DNA of 64,000 nt. Source: Priapulus caudatus (taxonomy: Eukaryota). The position numbers were made by a program, and so were the translations under genes. Where the stretch lies: NCBI RefSeq assembly GCF_000485595.1, contig NW_014577067.1, forward strand, positions 585,482 through 649,481, written 5' to 3'. The notes beneath the pieces were generated by a model. It saw nothing but the letters and a program-made list of their open reading frames with translations, was not told the origin of the DNA and did not search any database. Shown piece after piece: positions 37,785 through 51,700 of the stretch; positions within the stretch are counted from its first letter, which is position 1; each line of letters starts with the position of its first letter.

Positions 37785-38631
37785 CATTGTGAGTTTGAGT
37801 TGCTGAAGATGATTTATAATATATGTCACATTGGTTAAATATCACATGTGGTATATGTGCATGCATACCATCCAGGTTGGCTACATTTAAACACTCACGA
37901 GGCAGATTTCTTTGTGAGTCCATGCTCTTACTACTGTGTAATCAACTCCATTGTCTCTTGCGCATCGAAAGTCATTTGTGCCAGTTTTCTGCTGGAAGTG
38001 TTTTAATACTATTTATGCATTTTTTTTATTTGTTGTATATATTTGTTTTTAGGTTAGAGTTATCACTAGGAGTTAGAGAGTAGAGTAGGAGTAGAGTTAT
38101 CACTAAGTCTTAGACTTAGGTTGCCAACTTATCTTATTCAGACATTACAAGGATATTCTTGCTTTATTCCTCACAAGGATATCACTTGCTTTCTATTGTG
38201 ATCAGTGTGTTAGCCAGGGACCCGTCTACCCGTCTTTTGGACGGCCTATTCTTGGATGGCACAGATGAAATTTGATAGAAACGGCATGCGCGCGGCCAAA
38301 TTTTACACCTGCATGAAAATAAAATTGTTGGTTTTTCCCTCCCCCTCCCCCCTAGGGTGCTTAGCGCCCGCAGCATCCTCGCTTCGCTCAGATGGCGGGA
38401 CTCCCTGATTTATTTTTCTTGCTAACACCATGATTGTGATGTGCATGCTATTGTTATCTCTGTCCCCTCTATCTCTTGCCCTTACTCTCTTTTTCTCTCT
38501 CCTGCTTTCCCTCACTCTCTCTCTCTCTCTCCCCCTCACCCTCTTGCTCTCTCGTCCTCTCTTCCCACTCCTTTCATTCCCATGCTGTTTTACCTAACAT
38601 GTTTTACTGTCATTAAATAAAGTGTTACTTA

Positions 38632-38828
38632 AGGCCTATTTACACGATGCATCCTAGACGTACGTTTAGGACGTACGTCCAAAACGCACCGTGTATGACA
38701 ATGCAAATGTATGACCCTTGCGATATCGGATGCACAGGACGGATGTTCTAATTTCTTCCGACATTGCGTTTCCATTGTCATACACGGTGTACGTCCTAGA
38801 CGTACGTCTAGGACGCATCGTGTAAATT
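38632..38828. mobile_element. Short palindromic Harbinger-like MITE
   Basis: atttacacgatgcatcctagacgtacg ... cgtacgtctaggacgcatcgtgtaaat. Confidence 0.55.
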
Positions 38829-39020
38829 ACTTTACCATGCCACTCTATCCCTCCCCTTCACATTCTTCCATTTTACCCTTCTTCCTTTCCCCCATCATCA
38901 CCACTTTCGTTCTCTTTTCTCTTTCTCTCTCTCTCACTTCCCCACTTTCCTGTCCTCTCTATCTCTCACGTCCTCACTCTTCTACCCCCCTCTCTCGATC
39001 TATCTATCTCTCTCGCTTTC

Positions 39021-39056
<36 letters not shown>

Positions 39057-39821
39057 TGTGTTAACTCTCTCTTCACTCGCTCTTGGTAAAATCGCTCCAA
39101 GTCTTTTATGACTCATAACTTTATTTATTAACCTATAGATCTATTTTCGTACATTATAACTATAATAACTCAAATTATATACAGTACAGTGGATAGGACG
39201 TATTCAATGCTACTTTTGCTATGCAATGAATTTTTGCCATTTTGCCATGTAACCAATTACTACTGACATAATCTTATTCCCACAGGACATGGACATAGTG
39301 AAACATGGAAACCACAGTTTTATACATTTAGCAAATTATCAGACTGTCAAGAGTGAATTTATTGTTAATTTGCGAAGTGAGGATAGAATCTGCATTGTAA
39401 ATGCAATCGGTGTTGTCATTGTTTATCAATTTTACATAACGTACTATTATATCAGGAACATATATAGATAATAGATATATACATGCACCTTGTTATTTTA
39501 GTGAGTTTTTGGGGGCCATTCGCTACACGCACAGGTCGTGAAGGTTTCCACGCCCGTTCCTGGATGTAAAATTGATCAACTAGCCTCGGCTACATGCCTG
39601 CCTGTACTCGCAAACAATAATTGCATTTTTCACGAAGGCCGTGCCAGCTGCAATACAAACAATTAACTGACCCCCCCCCCCCCGTGAAGATGAATAAACT
39701 CGTTTCCACCGGTGATCGATATGTAACGGGAATCAGGGCGGCGCGGTTCGGTTGACAGATTTCCGCAGCGCACGTGCCCATAATTAGTCTGGCGCGTACT
39801 GCCTACAGTAGTGAGTGCACC

Positions 39822-40283
39822 CACAGGCACTTGGAGCGTTTCAATAAAATATAATGCTAAATAAATACGAGATCTATTTACTACCAAAGTCTTAATGTTT
39901 CTCTACTCTCTTTCGCTTATTATTGCCGACAATTTCCTGTAAATGCCGTGAAAATGCTCTTCTGCAACACACATGTACACCGTACGCACGCTGCTGCACA
40001 CTGACACATATATATAGAGTCTGTGTATAATATATATACTATATAGACATATATAGATATATATTGAGACATCTATATATATATATATATATACATGTGT
40101 CAGTGTGCGGCACCGTGCGCGCGGTGTACATGTGTGTTTGCAGAGGAGCATTTGCACGGCATTTACAAGAAATTGTCGGCAATAATAGGCGAAAGAGAGT
40201 AGAGAAACATTAAGACTTTGGTAGGAAATAGATTTCGTATTTATTTAGCATTATATTTTATTGAAACGCTCCAAGTGCCTGTG
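39822..40283. mobile_element. P-element-like fold-back MITE, 8-bp TSD AGTGCACC
   Basis: agtgcacc|cacaggcacttggagcg ... cgctccaagtgcctgtg|agtgcacc; near-perfect hairpin; related to the 27093 element. Confidence 0.85.
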
Positions 40284-41399
40284 AGTGCACCGGTGCATTG
40301 ACACCCATGTTGAGAGATTCGTGAGAATTGCTGACACGACCTGCTCTGGTACTGATGAGAGCCAGGGTGTTGCCATCATCATAATATTATGTAGCCTAAA
40401 CACTGGCGGAATTGAAAGTAGCTTCGGCGCGCGTGTTCGGTCGATGAGTTGGCTACGCTGTGTACAAGGGGCAGAGATTGTGATGCTTGCATGTGAAGCC
40501 CCATGCTACTGACTCAGTCATGCGTGTATACCTGGGTACCTGCAGTATGTAGTTGCACTCACGTATGCGGGCAGTACGCGTGGGTGGGTACTTTCACGGT
40601 GCCCCGACATGCTTGCTAATCCCAAAATTGCCAAGAATTCCTGCTGAGTGTTGAATGTATTTGTCGTGCAGTGTACGGTTTCAAATCTTGATTGCTGATG
40701 GGAGATGCCCACATGGTAGTGATGCGCATACAAGCATATGCCTTGCCGATTCACCGGCAGCAGTGGAGACTAGATTGATCTGTGTCAGTGTCCTTCATAA
40801 CTGTATATTTATAGAATATTTGTTCAAATATCTCCTTATCTGTCCTGGTTTGGAAATGCTGTGGCCCCTGTAGCTGCATATCGGGGCGTGGGTATAACTC
40901 CAGCTTGTTTGCCTAAACGAATATCGTGCTATTATTCAAAGCGTTCAACGTCCAGTCATCAACAATGCGTACACTCCAAGGCACTGATAGCTGTGGTGTG
41001 ATGACAATATACTGACATAATGGTGTAATATTGCCACATTAACAACCCATCCATCATGGTCACATGTATTGTCTAGCCATGGATGTTGCGTGTATACACC
41101 CACACGCCGCACCTACATCCACCATGTTATCACATTAACTACTGCATCAACATTCACGTAGATTGTCTTTTATAATACCAAGCAGTAATTTTTCATTTTT
41201 CCAGTGTCGTTTTATGATGCCATAATGTTTTATGGGCGGACGACTGCGGTTATAAATGTAAAGTAAGCGATGATAAAGCGTACATTGGTAATAATTAGTG
41301 CATACTCCGAACTAATAATTATGTAAGCTGCTGCATCTGTTTCAAGGATGTTAAGTTTCCAATTTTTTTAGCTGCTGGCTATTTTTTGTATCCGTTCTC

Positions 41400-42000
41400 T
41401 GACAAGATTAGTAGCAGTAACCCTGCACTTGGCTGATCGAGATCTGACTGTGCACTGTACAAGCCACTCAGCCATAGTTCAGACAAATGTTTTGAATTTA
41501 CCATAATCAGATCCAGGATGCCTGGTATCCTCTGGAATCTCACAAAGGCGTTCACATCTGCGCACTGCCTACATTGCTCAATCTCTGTCAATATATAACT
41601 TGTCAGCAACCCTTTGCTTTCAGTTGTGAACAGGTTTTATAATAACCCTAGATCCATTGTGGGGTTTTTCACGCGAGCTTTTTAATTTCACCTTTATCAA
41701 ATGCTTTTGAGAACGTTGTTTGTGCTTTTTAAAGATGTATTTTCCAATCCTACATAGTTTTGGCCACGTGCTTCTGCGCTCGGTGTGAGTGCTTTGTGGG
41801 TGACTGACGCATAGGTCTGGGTGTGCGTTGTGATGGTGTTTGTAATCTGTTACAGGAGATGGTACGAGAGGAAACATAGATTCACAGCGATGTTTTTATA
41901 TAAGCGAGCGTGCCGATGATGTCATCACATTCAGTCTCTCATGGACTGGCGAACTTTACGTGGCATGATCGGGACCGGCTGGTCGGCCTTGAGACCCCGG
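41400..42000. mobile_element. Possible ancient CR1/L2-type LINE remnants
   Basis: Stop-interrupted peptides resembling an APE C-terminus (ILDLIMVN..SD) and linker; weak. Confidence 0.25.
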
Positions 42001-42320
42001 GGTCGACATTGAAACCTTCGGTGATGGGCTAGACACCTAAAGATCATCCCTGAGAAGCCTGTAGATCAGCGTCGACACCTTGGGTGTTTTTGGATTCGTT
42101 TTTTTAGGTCTGTGCTGTTGAGAATTTAGATTGTTTCAGATGTGAGATCTGACTACAAAGGGCAGCAAATGAAACAACAGAGGTTTGATATGAGAGAGCA
42201 TGGAATGTGGGCCAGACTTCGGGAGAGGTCCATGTGGGCCAATCAGCTCAGTAGTCTGAAGCAGCACATTTGCTGTAAGACCCAGTAGATTTTCATTGAG
42301 ATTCACAAGAGAAACTTTGA

Positions 42321-42600
42321 GACCCTGGAAGTCAGCCATATAATACTCACAAGGTCACATTTATAACCCCAGGGGTCAGTAATATAATACTCACAAGGTC
42401 ACCTGTCGGGCCCTGGAGGTCAGCCATATAATACTTATAAGGTCAACTGTTTGACCCTGGAGGTCAGCCATATAATACTCATAAGGTCCACTGTCTGACC
42501 CCCAGAGGTCAGCAATAATCTTCTCAAGGTCAGCTGTCTGACCCCCTAAGGTCAGCCATATAATACTCACAAGGTCACCTTTGCGACCCAGGAGGTCAGC
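42321..42600. repeat. ~44-bp minisatellite (~6 copies) rich in AGGTCA/TGACC
   Basis: Unit gaccctggaggtcagccatataatactcacaaggtcacctgt(ct). Confidence 0.9.
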
Positions 42601-42752
42601 CGTGTGACGTGGAAGGTTGTCCGTCGTGTGGCTCGAGCGCGGTGGCCACGCGCGACTAGAACTGGAGTCCTCAAGCAGGTTTTATGAGTGCGTCTGCCAC
42701 TGCGGTCCCGCCGTCGCGTCTAGTCATCGTGATCACCCTCGTATCGTCGGCG

Positions 42753-45700
42753 ATGGGAGACCAGCTCTTCAAGGAGGAGGAGGTGGACACGTCACAATAT
42801 GTCTTTGAGCACGAGCAGTACGGCAAGCACGCGTTCGCTACGCTATATGAGCTCTACAAGTCACACCAGCTGTGCGACGTCACTCTGCAGGTCAGTTCGT
42901 CATACTACAGACTTTTTTTGTGATCCACAGATTCAACATCTAGATTAAACGTGTATTATTCAGTAAAGATTCAACGTAGGTTTAATGTGGGTACTACATA
43001 TTGAAGGTAGATTTAACATAGATTCATTAAGATTTGACGTACGTTTATTGTAGATACTATAGATATACTGTAGATTTAACAAGGAACTGCTGTAGTTTCT
43101 ACGCCTTTTGCCGGTGTTTGTGTATTGAAATAAATTGGACACGTTTAATTGCAGGATTTTGGTGTATTTATTAGCTCATCTGACGTAGTCAGATGCAGCT
43201 TGTAGAATCGCATGATCGTCCGTGCGTCCGGCCGTCCGTGCATGCGATCCGAAAACGAGTTGGGATGTTGAAGCTAGTGGTCAAAGGTCAAAGGTCAAGA
43301 GGTGTAAAAGAAGGGGGAACATTCCCTCCTTAACTTAAGGTATAGGGAGGAAATGCAGAATTGCAGCACAAATCTAAACGGCTCGACCTAGGCTCGTGAT
43401 AGTCGGTGTATAGCATCATGGTAGGAAAAGCCATCACTGTGCCGAAATTCTTAACTTCAGTTTAATCAATCTTGAGATAAGTAATTGCAGAATTGAATCG
43501 TCAAACCTACCAATGAAAATTTGCCAGTTTTGTACTGTCCTTGGCATGGCACTCTCTGTCAACGTTACAGTAGTGTGCAATGTCGGGATATGGTGGAGCA
43601 TGCTGGCTTGCAGAGCCCTTTGGTTGACTGTCAGTCGAAATGTGTTGATCCTCCCCGATATTGAAGAAATCTGTACGTTATACGTGCGTTTACCTTACCT
43701 CTGCCCGCCATCTTCGTCGAAAGTTTGGACGCCGCGCGGCGAAATCAGAATGTACATTTCAATCGATGACGTAACTGATACAGTAGCGTGCCGCGTGGGT
43801 GTTATTTGTTTATAAACAATTTAGTCTGACTGACTCTCCCTCTCTCTTCTCTCGCTCGCTCTCTCTCTCTCTTTTTCTTTCTCTCTTTCGCCCCCCTCTC
43901 TCTCTTCCTCTCTCTTGCTCTCTCTCCCTGCAATAAAAAAAATGTTTGCTGAAATGATGTGTATGCAACTGCGTATCTGCATATCTGCGCCTAACAAAGG
44001 TGTCACTACGCACGACTGAAATGTTACGTTTATAACCGTAGCAACAGACCTCAGTCGAGATGAGCCCAGTCGCTCTGCGGCACTTGTCTTAGATAGTTTT
44101 ATAGGCATAGCTGAAGTGCAATGTGCCATTAATAATGGATAAATCGTGTGACATGCTGTAGTATCAGAATAAAGAATGATATTGATAAGAATAACTTAAT
44201 AGACAGAGACAAAATATATAAATCTGTTGTATAAAACCCCCAGCTAAATCTATTTATTATGTTACTTCTGACCTTATAGCATTGATCAGAAATTGTACCA
44301 TTCCTTTCTTTTTACATGATCATTGGTAAATAATATACGTTATCTTGATAACCAAAAAAAAAATATTGTAACTAAATAAGCAAACTGTTGCATTTCCCCC
44401 GTTTGTGACGACCATATTGTTCTCAGGTTTTACAAGAATGAACATATGGTAAAACCACAAAAGTACAACAGTTTTTCCCCGTTTGCGACGATCTTACTAT
44501 TCTCAGCTTTCGCAAGAATGAATATATAGTAAAACCATAAAAGTACGACGAATACTCTCTGTTCGCGACCGCATTCACGGGAAAAGAATCTATGGTGAAT
44601 AAGTAATACGGTAAATACTAAGCATCCCGATTTCTCCGTCCGCTCCGACGGCACACGTAGGTCGGAAGCAAGTCGATCGCCTGTCACCGCGTGGTGCTGG
44701 CGTGCTGCAGCCGCTACTTCCACGTGATGTTCACGTCGGAGATGTCCGAGCGCCACAGCGACCTCATCCCGATCAAGGACATCGACGAGAGCGCGATGGA
44801 GGCGCTCGTCGAGTTTGCGTATACGGGCCGCATCGCGCTCGGCGTCGACAGCGTTCAGTCGGTGTTCTACGCGGCGTCCGTGCTGCAGCTGGAGGTGGTG
44901 TGCTGCGCGTGTGCGCGCTTCATGATCGCCAACCTGCACGCGTCGAACTGCCTCGGCATCCGCGCGTTCGCCGAGCAGCACAACCACGCGGCGCTCATTG
45001 CCGCCGCCGACGCGTTCGCGTGCGAGCACTTCGTCGACGTCGCACTCAGCGAGGAGTTTCTCAACATGTCAGCGATGCACCTCGTACATATCATACGCTC
45101 GGATGATCTCAACTCGCCCTCGGGTAGGTGGTGGGAGGGGAGGAGAGGAGGGGAGGAGTTTCTCAACATGTCGGCGATGCACCTCGTACATATCATACGC
45201 TCGGATGATCTCAACTCGCCCTCGGGTAGGTGGTGGGAGGGGAGGAGAGGAGGGGAGGAGTTTCTCAACATGTCGGCGATGCACCTCGTACATATCATAC
45301 GCTCGGATGATCTCAACTCGCCCTCGGGTAGGTGGTGGGAGGGGAGGAGAGGAGGGGAGGAGTTTCTCAACATGTCGGCGATGCACCTCGTACATATCAT
45401 ACGCTCGGATGATCTCAACTCGCCCTCGGGTAGGTGGTGGGAGAGGGGAGGGGAGGAGAGGAGAGAGGCGAGGAGGGGAGGAGAGGGGAGGAGAGGAGAG
45501 GAGAGGAGAGAGGAGAGGAGGAGAGGAGAGGAGGGGAGGGGAGGAGAGGAGGGGAGGAGTTTCTCAACATGTCAGCCGATCACCTTAGTATCATATCATA
45601 CGCTCGATGATCTGCAACTGCCCTCGGGTAGGCGTGACGATAAGCATTTTTAATCCTGGAGTGTGAAATCCCTCAGAATGTGCGCGTCGTAAATTGCACG

Positions 45701-48700
45701 CCCGCTACTTCATATGTGGTGGCATGGCACTGTTTGTGAAAAGTCTCTTACGGAATTAAGGGCCTAACCAAATGTACAGACAAAAACGCGCGACCTGTCG
45801 CCCCAAAAGATATGAGCGAGGGCCGATGTTAAGTCATTTAATCTGGACTGACAGCAGGCGTCGATCTGTTTTCGAGGATGGGGGGAGCGAGGCAAAACTA
45901 AACAAAATCTTGAGGAAACGCTACTTTGAGGAGCGATGAAGACTAAGGATTCGGAATTTTCGAAATGGGGGGGGGAGGAAAAAAACTGAACAAAGAATCC
46001 CGAGAAAACCTATGTGAGGGAAACAAAGCGACCCAGCGTTTGGGATTTTGTTTTCATTTTTACCCTTTAAAACGCGATTTCTATTTGTGTATTTTTGCAT
46101 GGCGGGAGGGGCGAATCTGAGAGAAACGTACTCGCAAACGCCCCTCTCCCCACTGCCATGAGGCGTAGTTTCTTGCGTTTTTTTTTTTTTTTTTGCTGTC
46201 TCATAACAATCATTTATGCTATTAAAAAACATTAATACATGTAAGCGGTATCATACTGGACCAAAATTGGCCACTGTCGTTTTATTTATATAAACTAGTA
46301 GGACACGCACGGCGTTGCCCGGAAATAAGGCATTCAGTTGGTGCCACTTGTTGAAAAAAAAATACCTCAAAAATGCCATTCTATGCTATCTATCTATATC
46401 TATCTATCTATGCTATCTATCTATCTATTAATGCTATTTATTTATCTATCTATCTATGCTATCTATCGCATCGGCATCTACCCATGCCATTGCTATGCTA
46501 TCCGTGTAATAACGTGTAATAAAATCACAACCGAAAAATCCATATGGCAAAATGGAATGCTCGCGCTCTGCTTTTTACTATTGGCGGCGACTCCGCCCGC
46601 CCCCTCCCAGGCAGGATCGTCGCCCCTGGAGTGTGGCATGTCTAGAGAAGGTATACGCATCGTATTTATTGCACGGCCGTGGCTACTTTCAATGTGTGGC
46701 ACTGCCTGTTGGAAGGTCTATTGGGGTTGTACCCATAGAAATAGTATAGATAACCAGTATAGTATGGTTTTATTACATCTAAATAGTATGGTTACCAGCG
46801 GTAATCTATACTATTATCTATGGCTGTATGTATATACGATGTACAGGGGATAGGGCGCCGGAGCAAACCGCGTCTGTTGGCGGTCAGGATATCGTTTGGT
46901 CGAATGGCTACTGTACTAATTACTAATGTCACGGGACGGACCTAGTGAATTAATAAAAAATACTTTATGTTATTTCCTGGAGGTTCTGCAATGAAAACAT
47001 TTTCTATGCTACAATATTGCATAAAGTATATTTAAGAGAATTGCGTTCTAATTAACAAAGTTTTGGGAGGGGCGATTCGAAGGAGCAAGGTGCTTGTGAG
47101 TTTAGTCAAATGTAAACAAAACGAATTTGTAACCACCATAGAATATACAGGTATCACATGTGTTAATTTGTCCATGTGTATAAAACACATGTATTCGTAT
47201 ATGCTATAGGCCTCCGTTAAGCAAGCGAATACCTTAAAGGCATAATTGCGACCGATCGATTATGCAAAAGTTGACGAATGCTAGCAGTAAGCTGCACCTT
47301 GTGTAGTTAATAAGTACATTACCTTATATGCCAAACGCGTATTAGTTTTGTCCAATTATCACTGCTTAATTACTAAGAAATGTCTATTGAAATCGGCGTA
47401 AATTTTTGGTAATGTGGCGACACGGACGGCTAAATTTATTGCCAACAAAATAAACATCGAGTTCGGTTCGGTGACGGTCAGCATGTTTGCTACAGGAATG
47501 TTTGAGGCATCGAATGTGTTTTGTCCCGGNNNNNNNNNNNNNNNNNNNNNNNNNACCTCGTACATATCAGACGCTGGGATGAGCTCAACTCGCCGGGGGG
47601 TAGGTGGTGGGAGGGGAGGAGAGGAGGGGAGGAGTTTCTCAACATGTCGGCGATGCACCTCGTACATATCATACGCTCGGATGATCTCAACTCGCCCTCG
47701 GGTAGGTGGTGGGAGGGGAGAGAGGAGGGGAGGAGAGTAGGGGAGGGGAGGAGAGAAGAGACACGAGGCTTGTTAGAGACACGAGGCAGTAATCTGGTGG
47801 ATTTGAACGTGTTCCTTTGTGTGTTGCAGAGATAGAAGTCTATGAAGCAGTGATGCGGTGGATGGGCCACGATCCAAGCGTGCGCAAGAAATTCCTATCC
47901 ATCGTTTTGGGCAGAGTTCGGCTGCCTCTCCTTCCAGCTCACTATATCATGCATGTGGTAATGATACGTTTATCGATAGTAATACTTGTAAAAATAATAT
48001 CATGAATACATGAGTCAGTACATCACCATCATCATCATTCGCATACTCCTGATAGTATTCATAAGAAACCCATATAGATGTATGTAATCAGTACCAGATC
48101 TGTACGCTGGTAGTAGTGAGAGATTAGCATGCAGTTTACAGCCAAACCATAGCCTACATACCATGATAGTATGTGTTTTATAATTGTATAATAGTAGCAT
48201 TATACGTGATGTAATATAGATGCTATTACATTAAAAGTTAAAACTATTTGTATTGAAACAAGCCAATATAATCTGCGTTGTGTACATTGAGATCTACTGG
48301 CTTGGATTACAGGTAGAATTGGAGGAATTGCTCAAGAAGGATCACACCTGCCGGGACTACCTCGACGAAGCCAAGAATTATCAGTTGGTGCAGTCAGGTG
48401 TCGTTACCACGTCCAGACCACATCTAGGCGACAGAACGAAACCCAGGAAAAGTTACGCAGGTAATCAGGAGGAGCTAATTAATCATGCGCACGTTCAGTG
48501 CAGTCGTAAATGGCAATCCAAGATAATAGTTCTAATAGCGAGACAGCTATAGTCATTTTCTGTTCGACGCAGGTCTGATAAATTTGATGAACGTGCGCGT
48601 GCATTATTATCATTTATTCATTTAGCCTTCATCATTGTTTTCACTTGCATCGTCGTTAACCTTACGATGTTACCTAATGACCCTGCATCACGGGAACTCA

Positions 48701-51700
48701 TCGTTATCCAACACTCTGCTTCGTGCATGGCAGGAGTGATCTTCTGTGTCGGCGGGCGGGGCGCGTCTGGTGACCCATTCCGCAGCATCGAGTGCTACAA
48801 CCTGCGCTGCGATACGTGGGTCAGGGTCACTGACATGAGCACCAGGCGGCGCCACGTTGGGGTCGTCGCAGCCGGCGGTAAGAGCGAACATGGGAACTGC
48901 GTTGTTCTTTTGTTGTGGTTGAGGAAATAACTTAAAATAATGTACAATTTTACTCACATTGTATGCATTAGATTCATGCATTACCTCTCCATTAGAAATG
49001 ATGGAGATTCTCAGATTTATATATTAGCAAAATTATTAAAAATATGTTAAATATTTCCAATTCAAATTACATGTAACAATATGATTGCTATATCTGCGAT
49101 CTTTTCAGAGATTCTTGGAGCATATAACCATTTTAGTGTCTATGTATAAACAAAAAGATGACGAAATGTGTTAAACGAGTAATTCCTAGTATTTATTTTT
49201 CCAAGCTTCTCCATAGTGATATTTTTTGTGTATACTGTTAGACAATGTCATAAATGAAATATATATCACAGGTAAAAAGTAGCGAAAATCAATAATTCAG
49301 GATTAAAATTTGAAATCCAAGATTCGAAGTGATGTGCTAACTCTCTCTCTTGCTTTGCGCGGGTGTCGTGCAGGCAAGCTCTATGCAATAGGAGGCCATG
49401 ATGGCAAACAGCATCTGAGTAGTGGTGAGGTGTTCGACCCACAGACTGGATTGTGGAAGGCTCTCGCATGCATGGCTAGTCAAAGGTACTGCATTCTTAC
49501 ACCATTATCAATCGCCACAGGGTTCATGCCAATAAAGTGGATGTACCCTCGCAATGGTTGTATTTACTGTGGCACCTTAAGGATAGTCTCAAGGTTTTAG
49601 GAAAATTTTTTACCGATTTTTCATTTTCAACTTTATTCGATGGCTAACACTATGTGCCACCTGTGTACATGCTCATTTCTCCATATAACGGTACATGTGA
49701 ACTGTCAGAGCGTTTTGTTTGCCCGCGTACATGTGTAGTAAGCAGCTGCTGCCTTCATTATGACATCAGAGACATGATACAATCATGATATTCACTAAGC
49801 CAGTATCATTCAGCATCAACCCTGCTACAGCTGTCATTACATGTATTCATGTACATTCATGTACATCTGCTAGTGATCCAACAAGTATCCCAAAATAGTT
49901 CTAAGACCTCGCAACACACCTTACTGTAGTAGGCGCGCGTTTGTTGACATATTAGCTTTGTGACGTCAGGATGAGTGGAGTTCACGCGTTCTGCGATGGT
50001 AACCTCGTAATTTCTCAGAATTTCTCAAGGTGCATGGAACATTTTACCAATTTAGTGGTGTCAGTTAGTCATGGATATGTCGCAGTAATTACTAACAGTA
50101 GATATTTCACATACGTTCACCCATTTTGCACACAGGCGGTCACTCATTGTGAAAAATAGAAAAACGATGATTTCTCCGTTTCGATTTCTCACATAGTAGC
50201 CGATGTATAAATGGATATTTCTCTGTGATTACAACTCGGATTAATTTAATTTTACACTCGTTTTAATGGTAACATATTTCTGTAAAGAAGTGCGTCAGGC
50301 ATTGTTATTAAGTGCCGTATTTTATTAGTTATGCCTCTTTATTCGCTAAAATTTTCAATTCTAACACACAACTTGATTTTTAAGCAGTTTTTTTTCCAGT
50401 TTTCTCGGTAAATATGAAAATTAAAGAAAAATCCAGACGTACTATTTTGGTCCATATTGTGCTTAACATGTGGCAAAAATTTTGTATCCTCACTCTTTCT
50501 GGTAGTTGAGAAATATCCAAAATACCATTTTTACATAAAAATTCAAAATTTGTGTGGTAACATAATTAGGTGCTGGAAATTTCATGAAATTTTTTGGCTT
50601 GAGCATGGAGATATATCTCCTCTATAAATAAAACAAGTGATTGATTTGATTCATTTGCCAATAAACGTTTAATCTTCACTAGAGCAATACCCGTGCAAAA
50701 GGTGGAGAGTATCCTTAATGCCGATGTTAGTGTATGGGTCACCCTGACTGGAACGGACTAATAAGTGAAATAAGAGAATGAGAAAATACTTCCAATACGG
50801 ACTTCTACTATTTACACAATTAGGAGTACTAAACTATTCTTCTTGTGTTTACATTTATGCTTCAATGGCGATTACTATCTTATAGATACTATCTTGATAC
50901 TATTCTGGGATTTTTTTTGGAAATGCCACAGACGTGGTTGTGACTAGAATTGAAAATTTTAGCGAATAAAGAGGCATAACTAATAAAATACGGCACTTAA
51001 TAACAATGCCTGACGCACTTCTTTACAGAAATATGTTACCATTAAAACGAGTGTAAAATTAAATTAATCCGAGTTGTAATCACAGAGAAATATCCATTTA
51101 TACATCGGCTACTATGTCAGAAATCGAAACGGAGAAATCATCGTTTTTCTATTTTTCACAATGAGTGACCGCCTGTGTGTAAAATGGGTGAACGTATGTG
51201 ATATATCTATTGTTAGTACATACTGCGACATATCCATGACTAACTGACACCACTAAATTGGTAAAATGTTCCATGCACCTTGAGAAATTCTGAGAAATTA
51301 CACAGCCAACTTTGTTTAGGACCAAAAGGAGATTCAGTTTGATTTTTATTTATCATTATTGGGAATAGTGGATACCTATGCCTATGCCAGCGTTGTCGTA
51401 GTTGGTAAATGAAGTCGTTGCACAGAGCGAACTTTCACCGTATTGCAGACGAGGCATCGCGGTCGGCTGCCTGGGCGGCCCGATCTACGCCGTGGGTGGG
51501 TTGGACGACAACCAGTGCTACAACGCCGTCGAGCGATACGATTTCAAGTCCGATCAGTGGAGCTTCGTGGCTTCGATGAACTACCCGCGAGGGGGCGTCG
51601 GCGTCGCTGCCCTCAAGGTGAGACGGCTGAATGGTAGTGTGGCAGTGGCCTGATGTAATCGTGTATGTATAACGTGGTGTAGTATTATCATTAACTGGTG

